From the human T2T-CHM13v2.0 reference genome, Homo sapiens, in NCBI RefSeq assembly GCF_009914755.1, contig NC_060936.1: a stretch of 64,000 bases of DNA; one strand, 5' to 3'. This document shows positions 1 to 13,849 of this stretch, in pieces. The notes below the pieces were generated by a model. It was not told the origin of the DNA and made no database searches. It saw only the letters and a list, made by a program, of their open reading frames with translations. Both the position numbers and the translations under genes were made by a program. How positions within the stretch are numbered: position 1 is the first letter of the stretch; every line of letters begins with the position of its first letter.

Positions 1-676
1 GGTGAAGGTCCAAGTGGGGATGTGGCTGTAGTGTCTCTTCCTGCCTTTCTCCCATGCCCTGCGGCACCAGGCCCACACTGGAGTGCTGGTGGGAGCCTGC
101 ATGCCTGGTTAAAGGGGCATGCCAGAGAGCTTTCCGTAATTGCGTCCTTTCTTTTTTTTTTTTTCTGGTGTATTTATGAGTTTTAAAAGCCCCTTGGCAA
201 CCCAGGAAATTCCATTTCCCTCTGCAGCTCATTTATACCTTCCTTGATATATGCCCAGGCACAAACACTTGTGTGTATTATTTGGTTGTTCACGGGGGAT
301 CTTGTAAAATCTGAGGCCTTAGTGGGTGCACTTCAGGCTTGAGGGCAGGAGAGGGAAAGGAGCAGAAGGTGAGAAGGTAACCTCTGGCAAGGAAACGGTA
401 ACACTTTTAAATCTCCTCTGAAGACCAAAAGCAAAAGAAATGGGCTCAACCTGTAGCATAAGTGTGCTAGAATAGACACAAGCAAGTTTTTCCTGATAGA
501 TGTCAAATGCCTTTTTGCCTGTTCACAATAAGCTTTTATACATATGGCCAATTCTCATCTGACTGGGACAAGATGCAGGGAGTGGAATAAACTAAATGTC
601 CAGTGTGCGTAATTGGTGTTGCTATAATTAATATTTTTCAGCCCTGTGACTCCATGAATGCCTCTAACACCTAGAG

Positions 677-899
677 CAGGCTTGTCCATCCCATGGGCCA
701 CTGGCCACACGTGGTCCAGGATGGCTTTGAATGTGGCCCAACACAAATGCATAAACTTTCATAAAACAGTATGAGATTTTTCTTGCATTTATTTTTAGCT
801 CACCAGCTATCACTAGTGTTAGTGTATTTTATGTATGGCCCAAGACAATTCTTCTCCTTCCAATGTGGCCCAGGGAAGCCAAAAGATTGGGCATCCCTG
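677..899 (-). mobile_element. MER30 (hAT-Charlie non-autonomous DNA transposon), full length
   Basis: Reverse complement reads CAGGGATGCCCAATCTTTTGGCTTCCCTGGGCCACATTGGAAGGAGAAGAATTGTCTTGGGCC..., matching the MER30 consensus. Flanked by an 8-bp TSD-like pair, acctagag (669-676) and gtctagag (900-907), fitting the Charlie NTCTAGAN target preference. Confidence 0.9.
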
Positions 900-994
900 G
901 TCTAGAGCCTTCCACAGTTTGACCTTTAGAGTATCTTGCTTTGGCTTATTCTTTTTCATATGTATGTACTTCATTTTCCAAACCATATTATACT

Positions 995-1078
995 CTTATC
1001 ATTTTTATTTGTATCCCTACCACGGCCTAAAATAGTGCCTGAATATAGTAGACAATAAGTGTTTGATGAGTGACTAAT
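995..1078 (+). mobile_element. L2 3'-end fragment
   Basis: gtatccctaccacggcctaaaatagtgcctgaatatagtagacaataagtgtttgatgagtga resembles the L2 3' terminus (...agtgcctggcacatagtaggcactcaataaatatttgttgaatgaatg). Confidence 0.65.
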
Positions 1079-1194
1079 AGATAACAGCAGCTTCCAGTGT
1101 CTGCCAGTGCTTACACTATAATTTATCATTTTTTTCTTAAGGTGACAGAGAACTCTTGTAATAACTCTAATAGCAAGTCTTCTTTTGTGCTAAT

Positions 1195-1720
1195 ATATTA
1201 ATTGAATCATTTATTAACTTTCTAATAATATGCACCAGCCACTGTCAGGCACTAGTTATTCAAAGGAAGACGAGACACAACCCTGACCAGACATGAGGGG
1301 TGTTTACCATCCACCTGGGAGATGGGCATATAATTTAAAATGAAATATCGATTGGTAATATATTAATGAAGAGTATATATTCATAATTTAGGACAGAGGA
1401 AGTGCTTTTTGCCTGGCCTTAAAGGGGAGAGTTTCGGGGAGGATGTATTTGAGCTTCATCTTAAAGACGAGCAGGAGTCAGCGAGAAGACATGGCAGCGG
1501 TGGTGGGTCCTGGCAGAAGGAAGAGCGTGGCCCATAGCATGAGGCACGGGTACGGTTGTGCTTGGGGAGCCCTGAAGAGGCGGCTGCTGAGGAAGGTGGA
1601 GCTGGAAACGTAGATTGGAGTCAAAGCACGAAGGCCTTGAATACCCTGGGCAGAAGCTGAGCAGGCAGTCAGAAAGGCCCTGAGGAGACTCGGAAGGGTC
1701 ACCTGGGGCAGTGGAGAGTG
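1195..1720 (-). mobile_element. L2 fragment
   Basis: Typical antisense L2 motifs: tcatttattaac...ccactgtcaggcactag, ggaggatgtatttgagcttcatcttaaag, cctggcagaaggaagagcgtgg. Confidence 0.65.
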
Positions 1721-2529
1721 AGGGGCGGGGGAGGCTGGCCAGGAACCATCGCGGTAGGCCTGATGTGGTGGGGGAAAGATTCCTCTTGTGCGTGCTGTCG
1801 GGATACATCATGGAGCCTGAAGCATGCCAAGAAACCAAGCAAGGGAGCGTGGCCTCAGGCTTGCCATCCGAGCCATCCAAGCCAGAGGAACCCAAGTACA
1901 GCTGCGGGTGAAATGGCTTTGTTAGTTAATATGTAACATGTCGCCTCAATATTGAGCATCTCTGGCAGCCGCTGGGACTGCGGGCGCGTTGTTGGTCACA
2001 CTGACCCAGACAAGTAGTCAAGGCAGCTTTCACCACAGATCAAGCAAGAGAGTTGGCAGTAGGTGGGGCAGGGTGGTCTCCGTCTGTGTGCACATGGTGC
2101 TCAGTGAGTCACATCTGCTCCAGTTGTGTAATCTCCGTGGTCAGTGAAGCAATGCTGTGCGCACAGTTCTGTGTTGTGCCTCTCCCGGGGAAGGGGTGTA
2201 TTTGGCCTGTGCCCCACCCTAGCCCTCCTTCGTCTTCCCTCTTTCACCACGTCTTCCGGGGCTGGCTTGAGTGTGGGAGTCTTTCTGCCAGCTCCCTGCC
2301 TACAGCCGCCCACTCACCAGCCCTTCATGTGTGCCTCTGAGAGTCTTCTTCCTAAACCACCCCGTGCCCTTCAGTCCCCTTGTGAAGCCTGGGCAGTGAA
2401 CATCCTTAAGCCCTTAGCAGCTTCCCTGAATCCACTCCTCGTTATCCTTCAGGAGTCCTCCCATATGGTCAAGCAGATGAATTCCTTGTTTCTTATTCAT
2501 GTCATGCCGCTTCTCACCTCTGGCAACCC

Positions 2530-2790
2530 CAACTAACATGCCCCTCCCTCTTTTGTCTTTCAAGGTTTCATTCAAACCAAACTTCCTTCTTGAAGCCTTC
2601 TGCAACCCCATGCCTCTCAGTGAAACGTCCTTCCTTACTGTGCACATGAGCCCTGTGGCACGTGACAACTGTGCCTGGATACCCCAATTTCTCTTTCTAA
2701 GGCAGGGAATTTTCTTGTACTTCCTTTAGTCCCAGTACCTAGCAGAATTCTAAAAAACAGCCATTCAGTGAATGTGTATTGATATCAATG
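2530..2790 (+). mobile_element. L2 fragment
   Basis: ttcaaggtttcattcaaa...ttccttcttgaagccttct...aaggcaggga...cccagtacctagcagaa resembles the L2 3' region. Confidence 0.55.
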
Positions 2791-2854
2791 ATTCTGGCAC
2801 AGCTGACGGGGCCAAATAAATGCTAAGTAGTATTAAGAGTGATAATGGTTTTTA

Positions 2855-3040
2855 AGTAATAACAATACCTACCATTTATTCATTGCAATGGGTTGGTCAC
2901 AGTGCTAGACCCGTTACAACCATCATATGATTGAATACAGCGTAACCAACCTGTGTCTTGGCATTACTTCCATTTTGCAGGTAAGAAGTGACATACCTTG
3001 ACCAAGGTCATGTGGCTAGTAAGTGGCAAATGTGGAAGTG
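2855..3040 (-). mobile_element. MIR
   Basis: aataacaatacctaccatttatt...ccattttgcagg...ttgaccaaggtcatgtggctagtaagtggc is the antisense MIR core. Confidence 0.7.
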
Positions 3041-4114
3041 GGCCAGTGTTCTGCTTCTTGGCCCACACTCCCAACCTCTCAACATGTGTCCTCTGCCATA
3101 GCTGCATCTCCCAGATCGCATGGGATTTTTTCATTGTTTTGTTTTTGTGACCACGTTGCTTCCTTATCCCTGTGATTGGGTTTTGCCCATGTCTCTCCTA
3201 TGAGAGCAGCCTTGGTAAGAAGCAGGGAGAATGGAAGGGATATCACATGCCAGAATGGTCAGAAAAATGAGGTTGCTCAGCAGGTGTCATAAGAACGGAT
3301 GATTCATGCACTGTGCCTTAGAGTAAAGATGGAGAAATGCAAAGGGAGTGGGGAGCAGAGAGACGCTGACAGATGATGAGTGAGCACAAATGTTTATCCA
3401 TGCTAATGGAGTGGGGACGTGATAGTCACTCTGTTCTAATGCTTATGAGGAGCAGTCTGTGGGCTGCAAATGCAGGAGCACAAGGAATCTTCACCCTAGT
3501 GGCAGGGGAACCTAAAACTCCAGGCTGCAAACAGTGGCTGGAGCATCTCTGTAACAGTCTGGCCTTGCAGATCCAAAAGACAGGTCATAGACAACAAAGA
3601 CATCTGATATTTCCTGACACTGCCATCCTCTGGGCTCTGGGGGAGTCCAAGATCATTTGCAGCACTGCCCTGGGAGTGGTGACAGGCTGGAGGAAAATTA
3701 CTGGGGTCTGAAGGAGTGCAGGCCCAGCTTTCCTCTTGCTTCTAAGGCCAACCCAAACAAATAATTGGTGCTGCTTTCAGAATATCCTCACATGGGACCA
3801 CCACCACCTCCACTAGGCTCTCTGTCCCCAGCCTTCTGCCTTAGGCTTTTCCACCTCACACTACACTATCTAAATTCTCTACCGTAGAGCCAAGGAGTGA
3901 GGATAAGGGAAAGGGAAGCCAGGGGTTCTAAGGGAACCAAAGTAGTACCAAATTCCCCCGTTGGTCTGTGGTCTAACAGTACGGAAATGGATAGCCATCT
4001 GCATGGGGTGGAAATGTCTCTTCTTTGTAAATGTTCCACTGCCTGAGATTTCACCATTCTAGCTTTACTTTGCTTCCATTATTCCACAGTTTCCAGGGGA
4101 AGAGAAAACTTTAC

Positions 4115-4173
4115 CTGGCTAACACCTTGATCAGAATCACTTCATCACAGATCATATACATCCACAGAGATGA
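4115..4173 (-). ncRNA. Candidate 59-nt internal exon of a minus-strand spliced transcript
   Basis: Minus strand reads ctaagctcttctctgtttcctcag|TCATCTC...TTAGCCAG|gtaaag: branch-like CTAAG, clean polypyrimidine tract, AG, and donor CAG|GTAAAG. Splice-signal prediction only. Confidence 0.3.
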
Positions 4174-5438
4174 CTGAGGAAACAGAGAAGAGCTTAGAAA
4201 GCCAACTCTGTCTTCATCACCTTTTGGTCTTGGTCCTCCTGCCTTGGGGGTATAACCCTCTCTTAGTTTGTGGGAGAAAAATATCCATGGTAAGAAGAAA
4301 GATGTCAGGTCCAGGACAGCAAAGAAACCGCTCAGTAATAGAAGCAACTCCGATTGCATGAGCAGGCTTCTCGAGTGCTGTCCTGTCAGCCTACCGTCCA
4401 CATTCCTGGTGTCATCAACTCTCTAGGGACAGGAGCACAGAACACGTGGGAGCCGTCACTGCAGGAGCTGTGTTAGTGACAGCAGCATTCACCAGAGGCA
4501 TTTAAAGGCTGATTGTTTTATCCATAGCATTGTCTGGGCTTTGAGAGAGAAATCCTGCCTGCAACAGGAGAAGACTGAAAAATAGAAAACCATTGGCAGT
4601 ATCAAAGGGTTGTCATTAGTGGACAAGTACACTGGCTTGATTCACTAGTGCTGTTATTATGGTTGTTATTTTAATTTGTCAAGAGACAATGGGTTGTTGG
4701 AGAACATGGGCAGTGGCCCTTGCTTCCAAGGAGGAAAGGCAAAGGGAAGAGAGATGCTAGGGGGTCGTTTCTGTAGAAAGCAGACGCCCAGGTGTGTATT
4801 TTCCCCACCACTGCTGAGCCCCACAGCATGGCTTGTGAATTTTACAAGTGATACTGTGACATCGAAAGCATTCCATTGCGTCTTTGTGAGAATCTAGGGT
4901 CCTCTTTTATGCTTAGTCTAAGTATCTACAGATAAACATGCATCTATATTATATATGTGTGTGTTTCTCCATACTCTGTGCATATACTTAAGTCTGTAAT
5001 GTGCATATACGTGTATCTGTCTGAACAGTTGGATATATATAGATGTGTTGCAGCTCTCCAACCTTTACCAAAGAAACAAAAAAAAACCTAAAACCACACA
5101 CACACACACGTGTGCACATGCAAATAAATAAATAGAGAAGGAGAAGGAAGAAAAGAAAACAGCCAGAGGAGGTTGCTTTTTCTGTTTCAGAGGACCTCAG
5201 CAGTTCTTCCCAAAATAGACTTCTGTCCTTGCTGGGTAACATCTAAAGGAGACGACATCACAGAGGGTCCAGGCAAGGGCTGTGGAGTCCGACAGTGGGG
5301 TTCAAATACTCACATGTGCTGTTGTGCTTGGTGCGGCAACTCAACTTCTCAAAGCCTCAGTTTCCCCATCTGAGGAAGAGGGACAGTCCTTCCTGGGAAG
5401 AGCACCCTGCCCTCCCCATGACAAGTGCTCAGCAATAG

Positions 5439-5814
<376 letters not shown>

Positions 5815-6740
5815 AGGTGACAGGGTCTTAACATGGAGGCTTTCAGGACAGATTTGGTTTATGTCTGCCCTGGCATTCAGAAGGTGACAAGTGGAGCCCG
5901 GAAGGCTTTCGGACTAACTTCTGTAGGCCCGTGCCCTCTATGGCCGCAGAATTGGCTTCTTGTTCCATGTTGCTGCTAGTGCTTTTTGTGGCCCCAGCCA
6001 AGTCGGTTCCTATCTTTGGACCACAGTGGACCCATCGAGGGGCTCTCTGGAGTCCTCCCAGCCCACCCTTCTGTGCCTGGCCACTCCAATCTTGCAGGAC
6101 ACTGTGCTGGAAACTGACTTCAAGAGTAACACTGTTGTGGCTCCCACCTCCGGGGACTTCATAGGTTTGAGTATGTGTGTGGGAATGTGGTCTGTTTTAT
6201 TTACTCTTGCTAATGAGGCTGAACGGAGCTAGTGAGGGCATTAAAGCATTTTAGTGTTATTAGTTTTAAAATTAGCCCGAGCTGTTAAGGAGAGTCCCTG
6301 CTCACTTTGCTTATGTGAGAAAGGGGCTTCTGAATGCCAAGGTTGAATGCCCAGTGTCTTTCATCCTAAAAAAGACAACTTTATGCGCTATGCGTTAGAA
6401 TGAACAGGGAAACTTTAAATATAATGATATGGGGTGCCTGGGCCCCACCTCCTCCTTTGCTTCACTGGCCCTCCCTGGACATCAGGGGGTGTGGTTTTTG
6501 CTTTTTTGTTTTTTAAGTTTTCCAAGTGGTTCTCGTGCAGCCAAGGTTGAGGCCCACCGGGCTAAACTAAAAACGTTTTCCGGTGTATGTGGGAGGCAGG
6601 TAGGAGGGAGGGCTGGCGTGCTGCCCAGCTGTGTACCATTTCCTGCTTGGTGGATGCTCAGGGAGTGTTTGCCAGAGAGCTCTCATCGGATGCTTGGCAT
6701 GGCTAGTTCAGATGCTATGGACAGAGGGGTTCCTGTGGGA

Positions 6741-6900
6741 CCAGTGCTTCTCAGTCCTGAAATCATGATCAGAATCCCCCCATGATCTTTGAGAAAATAC
6801 AGATTCCTAGGCCTCATCCACATTGGCCGGAACAGAACCTCTGAGGGTAGGAATGAAGAATCTGTTATTCCTGTTATTCTTAGGAATAGTGAAGCTTCCC
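6741..6900. mobile_element. MER5-family (hAT-Charlie) fragment
   Basis: cagtgcttctca...atcagaatc...aaatacagattcctaggcctcatcc...gaatctg resembles MER5A/B. Confidence 0.55.
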
Positions 6901-7002
6901 AGAAGATGCTTTTGATTCAGAAACCACCGAAAGGGGAAAACTTGATCCTCAATTCCTAGGAGTGAAGATTTTACATTTTCCTTTTGGTCATCTGATGGCC
7001 CT

Positions 7003-7190
7003 AGGGTTCACTAGATAGGCCACTTACTCACCATGTGACCCGGACAAGGCATTCAGCCTCTCTAAGCCTCAATGTCATCATTTGTAAAATGAGAGCCATA
7101 ATGGTTTCTGCTTCCTAAGAGTGTTTCGAGGATTAAATGAGGTAATATGCGTGTTTGGCACATTGTAGATACTCAGTGTGTTCACTGCCA
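7003..7190 (+). mobile_element. MIR
   Basis: gccacttactcaccatgtgacccggacaagg...ctctctaagcctcaatgtcatcatttgtaaaatg...gaggattaaatgaggtaatatg. Confidence 0.75.
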
Positions 7191-7551
7191 TCATCATCAT
7201 CAGCACTATCATTTTGTAACTCAGATAGAAGCTACACACTGTAAGAGCAATTTCTAAGATTTAAAGAGAATGAAGTAAAAAATTCTGGCTGTGAAGTCTG
7301 AGGCAAATCTAGAGGCTAGTGGGGGTAAATTGGTTTTAAACTTGTATCTGAACCAGAAGCTTCTCTGGAGAGAGTTGGAGTAAGATCACACAGGTAATCC
7401 TCAAGACCTGTTTGTTAAGAGTACAAAGCCATAATTGGGAAAACAGTGAGGTCCCGATTGTCATCCAGAATGAATTAATTTACATGCACTTATGGAGTGC
7501 CTCCTGTTTGCTCAGCTTTGTGCTTGGTGGCATCACATATAAAAAGGACCA

Positions 7552-7858
<307 letters not shown>

Positions 7859-10420
7859 ACATGAAAAGGACTGGATTCCTTTCTTTCAGGGAATTGGCCG
7901 TCTGGTCTGGGAAGTACAATTAGCTCCCTTTGAAGAACAGGAGCAGGACGAGAGGATGTGTAATTAAGTGCTAAATTGTGTCACTAGGACTCTCCAGGGC
8001 TAGATGATTCAAGGATGGCAACACAATGAGCCATGGAGGTGGCTGGGGGAGCCTGTTGGGAGAGTAGGGAGGGATCTGGAGCAGGAAACTACAAGCAAAT
8101 CCAAAGAGATATCCAAGGAGGGTCCTGGGACAAGAGTGACGGCTGAGATGGGGATGACGAGCAGCTGCCCTACCTGGATGGAAGGTGAGGGTCCCTGTTG
8201 TCCTGGAGCTGCACAGCCACTTATAACTGGGGTCATCTGGGTCTGTGGCCCCCTGACAGCTGGTGGTAGTCTGCAGGCATACACTCCGTGTCCTGTCGTG
8301 AGCCGGTCCTCAGGGCGGCATCTGCCCAGGAAGCCACAGGCACACTTAGCACGGCCCAAGAGCACTATCTGCAGGAGGCGCTTGGCCCCAGGGCTGAGCT
8401 GATGGTGGTTGGGTGGGGTGTAGGCGACAGGAGAGCAGGTGGCCTCCTTCCTCTGTGCCATCGCTTAGAGGGTATCGGTAGAACCCTCTGTCCCAGAAGT
8501 CAGCTCCGTATCTGTGGGTCTTAAAAACCTTCTGATCCTGTAAAATGACATTTACAAGAATGATTAGACCTTAAATTCTGTGATCAGGCAAGGTCTTAAT
8601 TTGGGGCCAGCAGTTTAGCACAGAGGCAGGGCAGAATTTCGCACAGAAGGTACCTGATCCGTGATTTGCCCCGGAGGTGAAAATGAGCAAGGTTCTGTTA
8701 GTTAAATGAGCATAAGAAATGCAGCAGCCTCATCCGCCCCCCGCCACCCCACCAGAGAGTCACAAAGACGCTCATTGGCATTTTAAAGGCTCAGAGAAGT
8801 CCTGCAGAAGAAGTCCTCTTTAGAGCCCTATGTGGCCTGCAAACTGTCTTGACCACAGTACCCTTCTCACATAGTCCCTGTGAATGTTCTGGGCGACCTG
8901 TGACCCAGCCTGATCTCCTTTGGAAAAAACTGGAGTGATGAGGTCCTGCCAGACTGAGCCTGAAGGAGCCTTCCATCTGCCTGTTCATTTTCCAAGCCCC
9001 AGACTCTGAAAGGAGATTCCCAAGTTCCCCAGCCTGGCCCTGCAGTGGTGGGGAGCCTCAGATCCCAGGTCTGGTTTAATGTTCCTTAGTTGTTAACCAG
9101 CTGGAATTAAGGCTGAGAGGAGACTCGTGGGCAGGCTTTGCAATTGAATGAACTATCAGTGTGGTTGCGAGGCTATTTTGAAGACATTTTAGATTGTTTC
9201 TGGTTCAGTAATCTTACAAAAAGTATGATCCAACTGATTTATTAGGAAACAATTTGTAAACTTTGGTTCACTTACAAGAAAGAAGTGTTTGGGTTTTTGA
9301 AAAAGATACTGCTTTTGAGGCTGGCTGATTTTCGTGACTGACTAGTGTTTATGAACTGAAATCTGGCTGCCTCTGCCACTCAGTGAGCCTCGCACAGTGA
9401 ATTCCTAGCCTGAGGCCTCATTCTTGCTATTAACCCATTCGCCATTCTCTCCCACTGCTGGGACTTTCGGATGGAGGATGCCTGGCCTGTGTGTTGGCAG
9501 GAGCAGAGGCTGACGTCAGGAACATAAGGTCATGCCATAATTGCTGTGCCCCCTGCCACCCCCGCCGCCTCTGCTTGCTAGTGCCAGGCTGCCCAAGTGC
9601 TGAGAATGCCAAGGTCACTCTTCCAAAGGAGGCAGGAGGCAGCCGTAGCGTCAGTCCCTTGCCTCGTCCATACTGCCCATCTTCTTCCAAAGGCACCAAT
9701 TATTGGAAGTTCCTCCCCTTGTGGCTCTGGCCTCTGGGACGCCTGGGGACATTTCCACTTTGCTGGGAGGGGAGTGTCCTCCGGGCCCCTCGGATGCTCC
9801 ACCAGTGAGCCAGGGCTTGGGATGGGTAGCGTGCCAACAGGGAGTGGCCACTTACCTTTGCTCCTGTATGTGCCCTGTCCTTAGAGGGGTTTAAATACAT
9901 CAATAGCTTATTCGCCAAAATGTATCCAGAACTATTTTTAGTGCTTTGAACATGTTGACTCTTACATAACATTCATTCAGTATATATAAACTATTCAGTA
10001 AATATTCCCTCATGAGAAGAATGGTATTTTGGTCTATTTTGTCTCTCTGCCCTCTGTGTTCTAATTTGGGACCAGGGAGCCTCTCGGCTCCATCCTGGGG
10101 TTGGCCGCTCCCAGACCTCACTCCTGCTTTGGCTGGGCTTGCTGCCTTGGCCATGGTGAGGGGCTCTTGCGGCCCCGGGAGGGGGGCCTGGTAAATGCAG
10201 AGCCTGCATCACAGCAACAAGTGGGGAGCCCAAGAGCAGGGTGCAGAGCTCCTCCTTCTCCCAGGACGGAGGCGGGAAACCGGCCGTGGGAGCTTCCCTG
10301 GTCGGGACCATGTTCCCAGTCCAGAGGGATGTGGTTGCATGCTGGAGCCGCTAGTATGGACTCGTGAATGTGGCTTCCGGTCACAAAAGTGCCTTCCAGG
10401 TGGGAAAATGAGTGAGGAAA

Positions 10421-10933
10421 CCTGGATTCATTTGCTGAGGTGCTGTGGCAGAGCACTGCAGACTGGGTGGCTTGCACAAGAGAAACAGGTTTCTTCTCAG
10501 GCGGGAGGCTGGAGGCTGGAGATCTGAGATCAAGGTGGTGCAGGGTTGCCTTCTCCCTGGCTTCTCCATGGGTCCTCACATGGTATCCCTCTGTGCGTCC
10601 GTGTTCACACTTCCCCTTTCTACAAAGACGCCATTCATGTTGGATAGGATCCGCCCTCATGCCCTCATTTTAACTTAACCTCTTTTAATACCCTACCCCT
10701 AGGCCAGTGCAGTGGCTCACACCCGTAACCCCAGCACTTTTGGAGGCTGAGATGGGAGGATCACTTGAGACCAGGAGTTCGCGACCAGCCCGGGTAACAC
10801 AGGGAGACCCTGTCTGTACAAAAAAAAACAAACAAAATAGTATGCTACCTCTAAATACCATCACACATTCTGAGGTGCTAGGGGTGAGGGCTTTCGCACA
10901 TGAGCTTTGGTGGGGACACATTCAGCCCATAGC
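10421..10933 (-). mobile_element. MLT1B-like MaLR solo LTR, interrupted by a FLAM
   Basis: Reverse complement begins gctatgggctgaatgtgtcccc...cacctcagaatgtg... and ends ...gatctcagatctccagcctccag...aagccacccagtctg, as in MLT1A/B LTRs. Confidence 0.8.
10702..10836 (+). mobile_element. Alu left monomer (FLAM_C-like)
   Basis: ggccagtgcagtggctcacacccgtaaccccagcacttttggaggctgag...gagaccctgtctgtacaaaaaaaa, with no right arm. Decayed TSD ctacccct / ctacctct. Confidence 0.88.
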
Positions 10934-12781
10934 TGAATGTCCATGCTTCTGTCTAACGGGCAAGGCTGCTCTGCAAGGCTGTGCGGAGTGGGCGCCGGGT
11001 GGAACTCCAGGGGAGGCACCTCAGTCTGATGTCCAAGGAGGCCCCCTGTGGACGGGCCTGGCCCAGAAAACCTGTGTGTTTCCCACAGGTTTGGGGAGAT
11101 GAGTTGTTCTGGGGTAGAGACAGGTCTTGTTTGACTTTGCACCCCAGTTCGTATCTGCACATGGTGAGCGCTGGCTTGGCGTCTGGTGTGGAGTGGTGGA
11201 GAGAGATTGTGGAGGCACTTCTTGCAGATGGCCCCTGCCTCTTTCCTGGTGAGATGTGGGCTTTTCTTAAGAAAGCTGCAACATGTGCCCCAGGAGATAC
11301 TTGGGCTCCCTTGCCCGGGGTGCACAGGACGGAGCAGGGACCATTTGCTGTGTCTTCTGTCAGATCTCTGAGGGATGTCCCTCAGGGGCTGTGAACTCTG
11401 GTGGAAAGTGAAAAAGTCCCAGGGTGGATTCCAGTGGGCTGCCAGCCGGGCGTGTGTGTGAGGCGAGGTGGAGGGCTTGAGGAGGTGCACGGCCCCAGAA
11501 GAAAGCTGGAGGGCGGTCCAGCCTAGGACACGCTTTGGGCTTGCAGTTCCTTTCCTTCCTTCAGGGTCAGGCTTCACCAAGCAAGCCAAGGGTCCCTCTC
11601 ACAGCAGCGACAGCAGCAACATAAATAGCACTGATATCCAACCCGGCACCGAGGCAGATCCCCTACCACCAGCTTGTTCTGAGAGCGTGAAATCACCTCC
11701 ATCCTGACACGTTTGTCCCCCTGTGCTTTTGCTGTGCCACCTCCCGAGCAGGGCTGGATTAACTGGATAAAGCTGGAAGAGTAAGTGCCAGCTCCATGAC
11801 CTGGCCCCAGGGCAGGCAGCCCCTGCCTCCTCCTCTCTGTAAAGGCACAGAGAGTGGGTTGCTCCACCGGCCACAAAGCACATTCCCAGGAGGCTCTGGG
11901 CACATCCAGGCCTCCTTGAGGGCCAGCCCTCTGCACCACACAGGTAGATCCCTTCCTGCTAGGACAGCCAGTTGTTTCTAAATTTAAAAAATGCTCCTTG
12001 CATCCAAATGCAAGAGCTAAGGTGAGGTTTGCTGGGCATCAACACCTGGGCACAAAGAACAGGTCTCAGGCAGGGCAGGCAGGGTGAGCAGAGGGTTTGG
12101 GTGAGAAAAGCCGCCATGCCCGGGGGCTTTATGTTTTTACAGAGCTTTCATTTCTAATGTGACGTTAAATTCTTCCCTAGTTGAACACTTCTCTTGGTGG
12201 CTGGCTGGCAGCTGTGTGCGGGTGTTTGCAGGATGATAACTGCCTCAGCATCCATGCCATCCTGAGCTGCTGGGAGGACTGCTGGGCAGAGACTCCTTGG
12301 CAGGGGCTCTGGGAGGCATCTGAATATCCATCTTCCCTGATCTCCTGTCCTGCACACAGATGCACACACTGCAGGGCTATTTCTTTATTCAGTTTGGTTT
12401 TGCTTTTGCCCCCTAGCCCTCCCTGTGCCCAGTACCTGGGTCTAGGAACATAGAATTTAAAAGCTGGGGCAGATTCTGAGAGCTCTTATTTCAGTCTCAT
12501 CACTTTACTTGGGAGGAAGCTGAGGACCAGAGATGTTGAGACATGTTCTTAGGACAAAGCAAAGTTTATGGTGCAGCCTCAGGTGGAGCCCAGGTCCCCT
12601 GGCTCCCAGCCTGGTGCTCCTTCCCCTGGATGACAGCATATCTGTCCTTCTGTTGATTTGTCCTACCTGGGGTGTTTTCCCCATCCTCATGTCCTTCTTC
12701 AGCTGGACATATTTGTGGAGGTCCAGACACAACTCAGTCTGGGTCATTTCTTCCCCACCCCTCAAAAAACAGGTTGCTCAA

Positions 12782-13072
12782 GGCAGATGCAGAGGGTATG
12801 CCTGTAGTCCCAGCTCTTTGGGAGGCTGAGGTGGGAGGATCACTTGAGAACAGGAATTAGAGACCAGCCTAGGCAACATAGTGAGACCCCATTGCTTAAA
12901 AAATTTAAAAATTAGCTGGCCATGGTGGTGCATGCCTATAATCCCAGCTACTCAGAAGGCTGAGGCCAGAGGATCACTTGAACCTAGAAAGTGGAGGCTG
13001 CAGTGAGCTGTGATTGCACCACTGCATGCCACCCTGGGTGACATAGCAAGACTTTGTCTCTTAAAAACAAAA
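12782..13072 (+). mobile_element. AluJ (Jo/Jr-like), full length, diverged
   Basis: Dimeric Alu with ggaggatcacttgag in the left arm and agaggatcacttgaacc in the right arm; gcaacatagtgagacccc; ggaggctgcagtgagctgtgattgcaccactgca. Confidence 0.92.
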
Positions 13073-13124
13073 CCCAGATTACTAGTGAGGCCAAATTGTG
13101 ATATAAGGTTTGTAATAGAGACAC

Positions 13125-13305
13125 TTTTTTAAGGCTGACCATGTGCCAGGCCCTATTTAAATATATTACTCATATTAGCTCATGTAATCCTCATATCGAC
13201 CTTCTCCACTTTACAGTTGAAGAAACGAAGGCACCAAGAGGTAAGGAACTTGCCAGAAGTTATGCAGCTGAGGGTAGTGGAGCCAGGATTTGAGCCCAGG
13301 CAGCC
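13125..13305 (-). mobile_element. MIR
   Basis: catgtgccagg...catgtaatcctcat...ctttacagttgaagaaacgaaggcacc...ggagccaggatttgagcccaggcag. Confidence 0.75.
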
Positions 13306-13849
13306 TCACTGCAGTCCTTGAGTTCCTAACCTCAGATGCCTCTCCTCTGAGGGGAGCCCTGCTGTGCTGCTCATCCTGTTGAGTGACAGCCTGCTAGGAT
13401 GTGAAGGGGACATTGGATACTTCCGGAAGCTGTGGTTTGACTGTGCAGATGGTTGTTTCTCAGGCTCTGGTCCATGGTGGGAAGCAGTGAGTGAGCAGAT
13501 CAGCCCACCTTCAGCCTGTGCGCTCTGCCGTCTGACACCTTCCACCCTCAGGGCCTGATCACAGGCCAGCAGGCAGCTGGGGGCCCTCTTGGGTCCTCTG
13601 TCTTCTCCTGAGATCTCTCAGAGACAGCAGAGAAACGAGAGACCCTGGAAATGCCTCATAGCTAGTTTGAATCCTAGCACTTACACAGTCATAAAGTTAA
13701 GTCCTTGTGGTCTTTTATCCTGTAGAATAGAAAATTAAAGGGAAAAGGTCCTAAAAAGAATTCCTCCTCTGCCTGTCCCGTCTTGCCCAAATCCTCAGAA
13801 TGTCAATCTTTCCCCAAACTCTGCACACTCTTCAAGCACTTCAGAAACT

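Noticed and set aside
9850-9858. Perfect minus-strand donor AAG|GTAAGT (other strong isolated donors near 28468, 34873, 54070, 62188)
   Set aside because: No convincing nearby acceptor; these show the background rate of splice-like sites, so no exons were called.
10861-11589. Longest ORF (242 aa, minus strand)
   Set aside because: No recognisable domain, low-information composition, ends inside an MLT1 LTR; expected by chance in GC-rich DNA.
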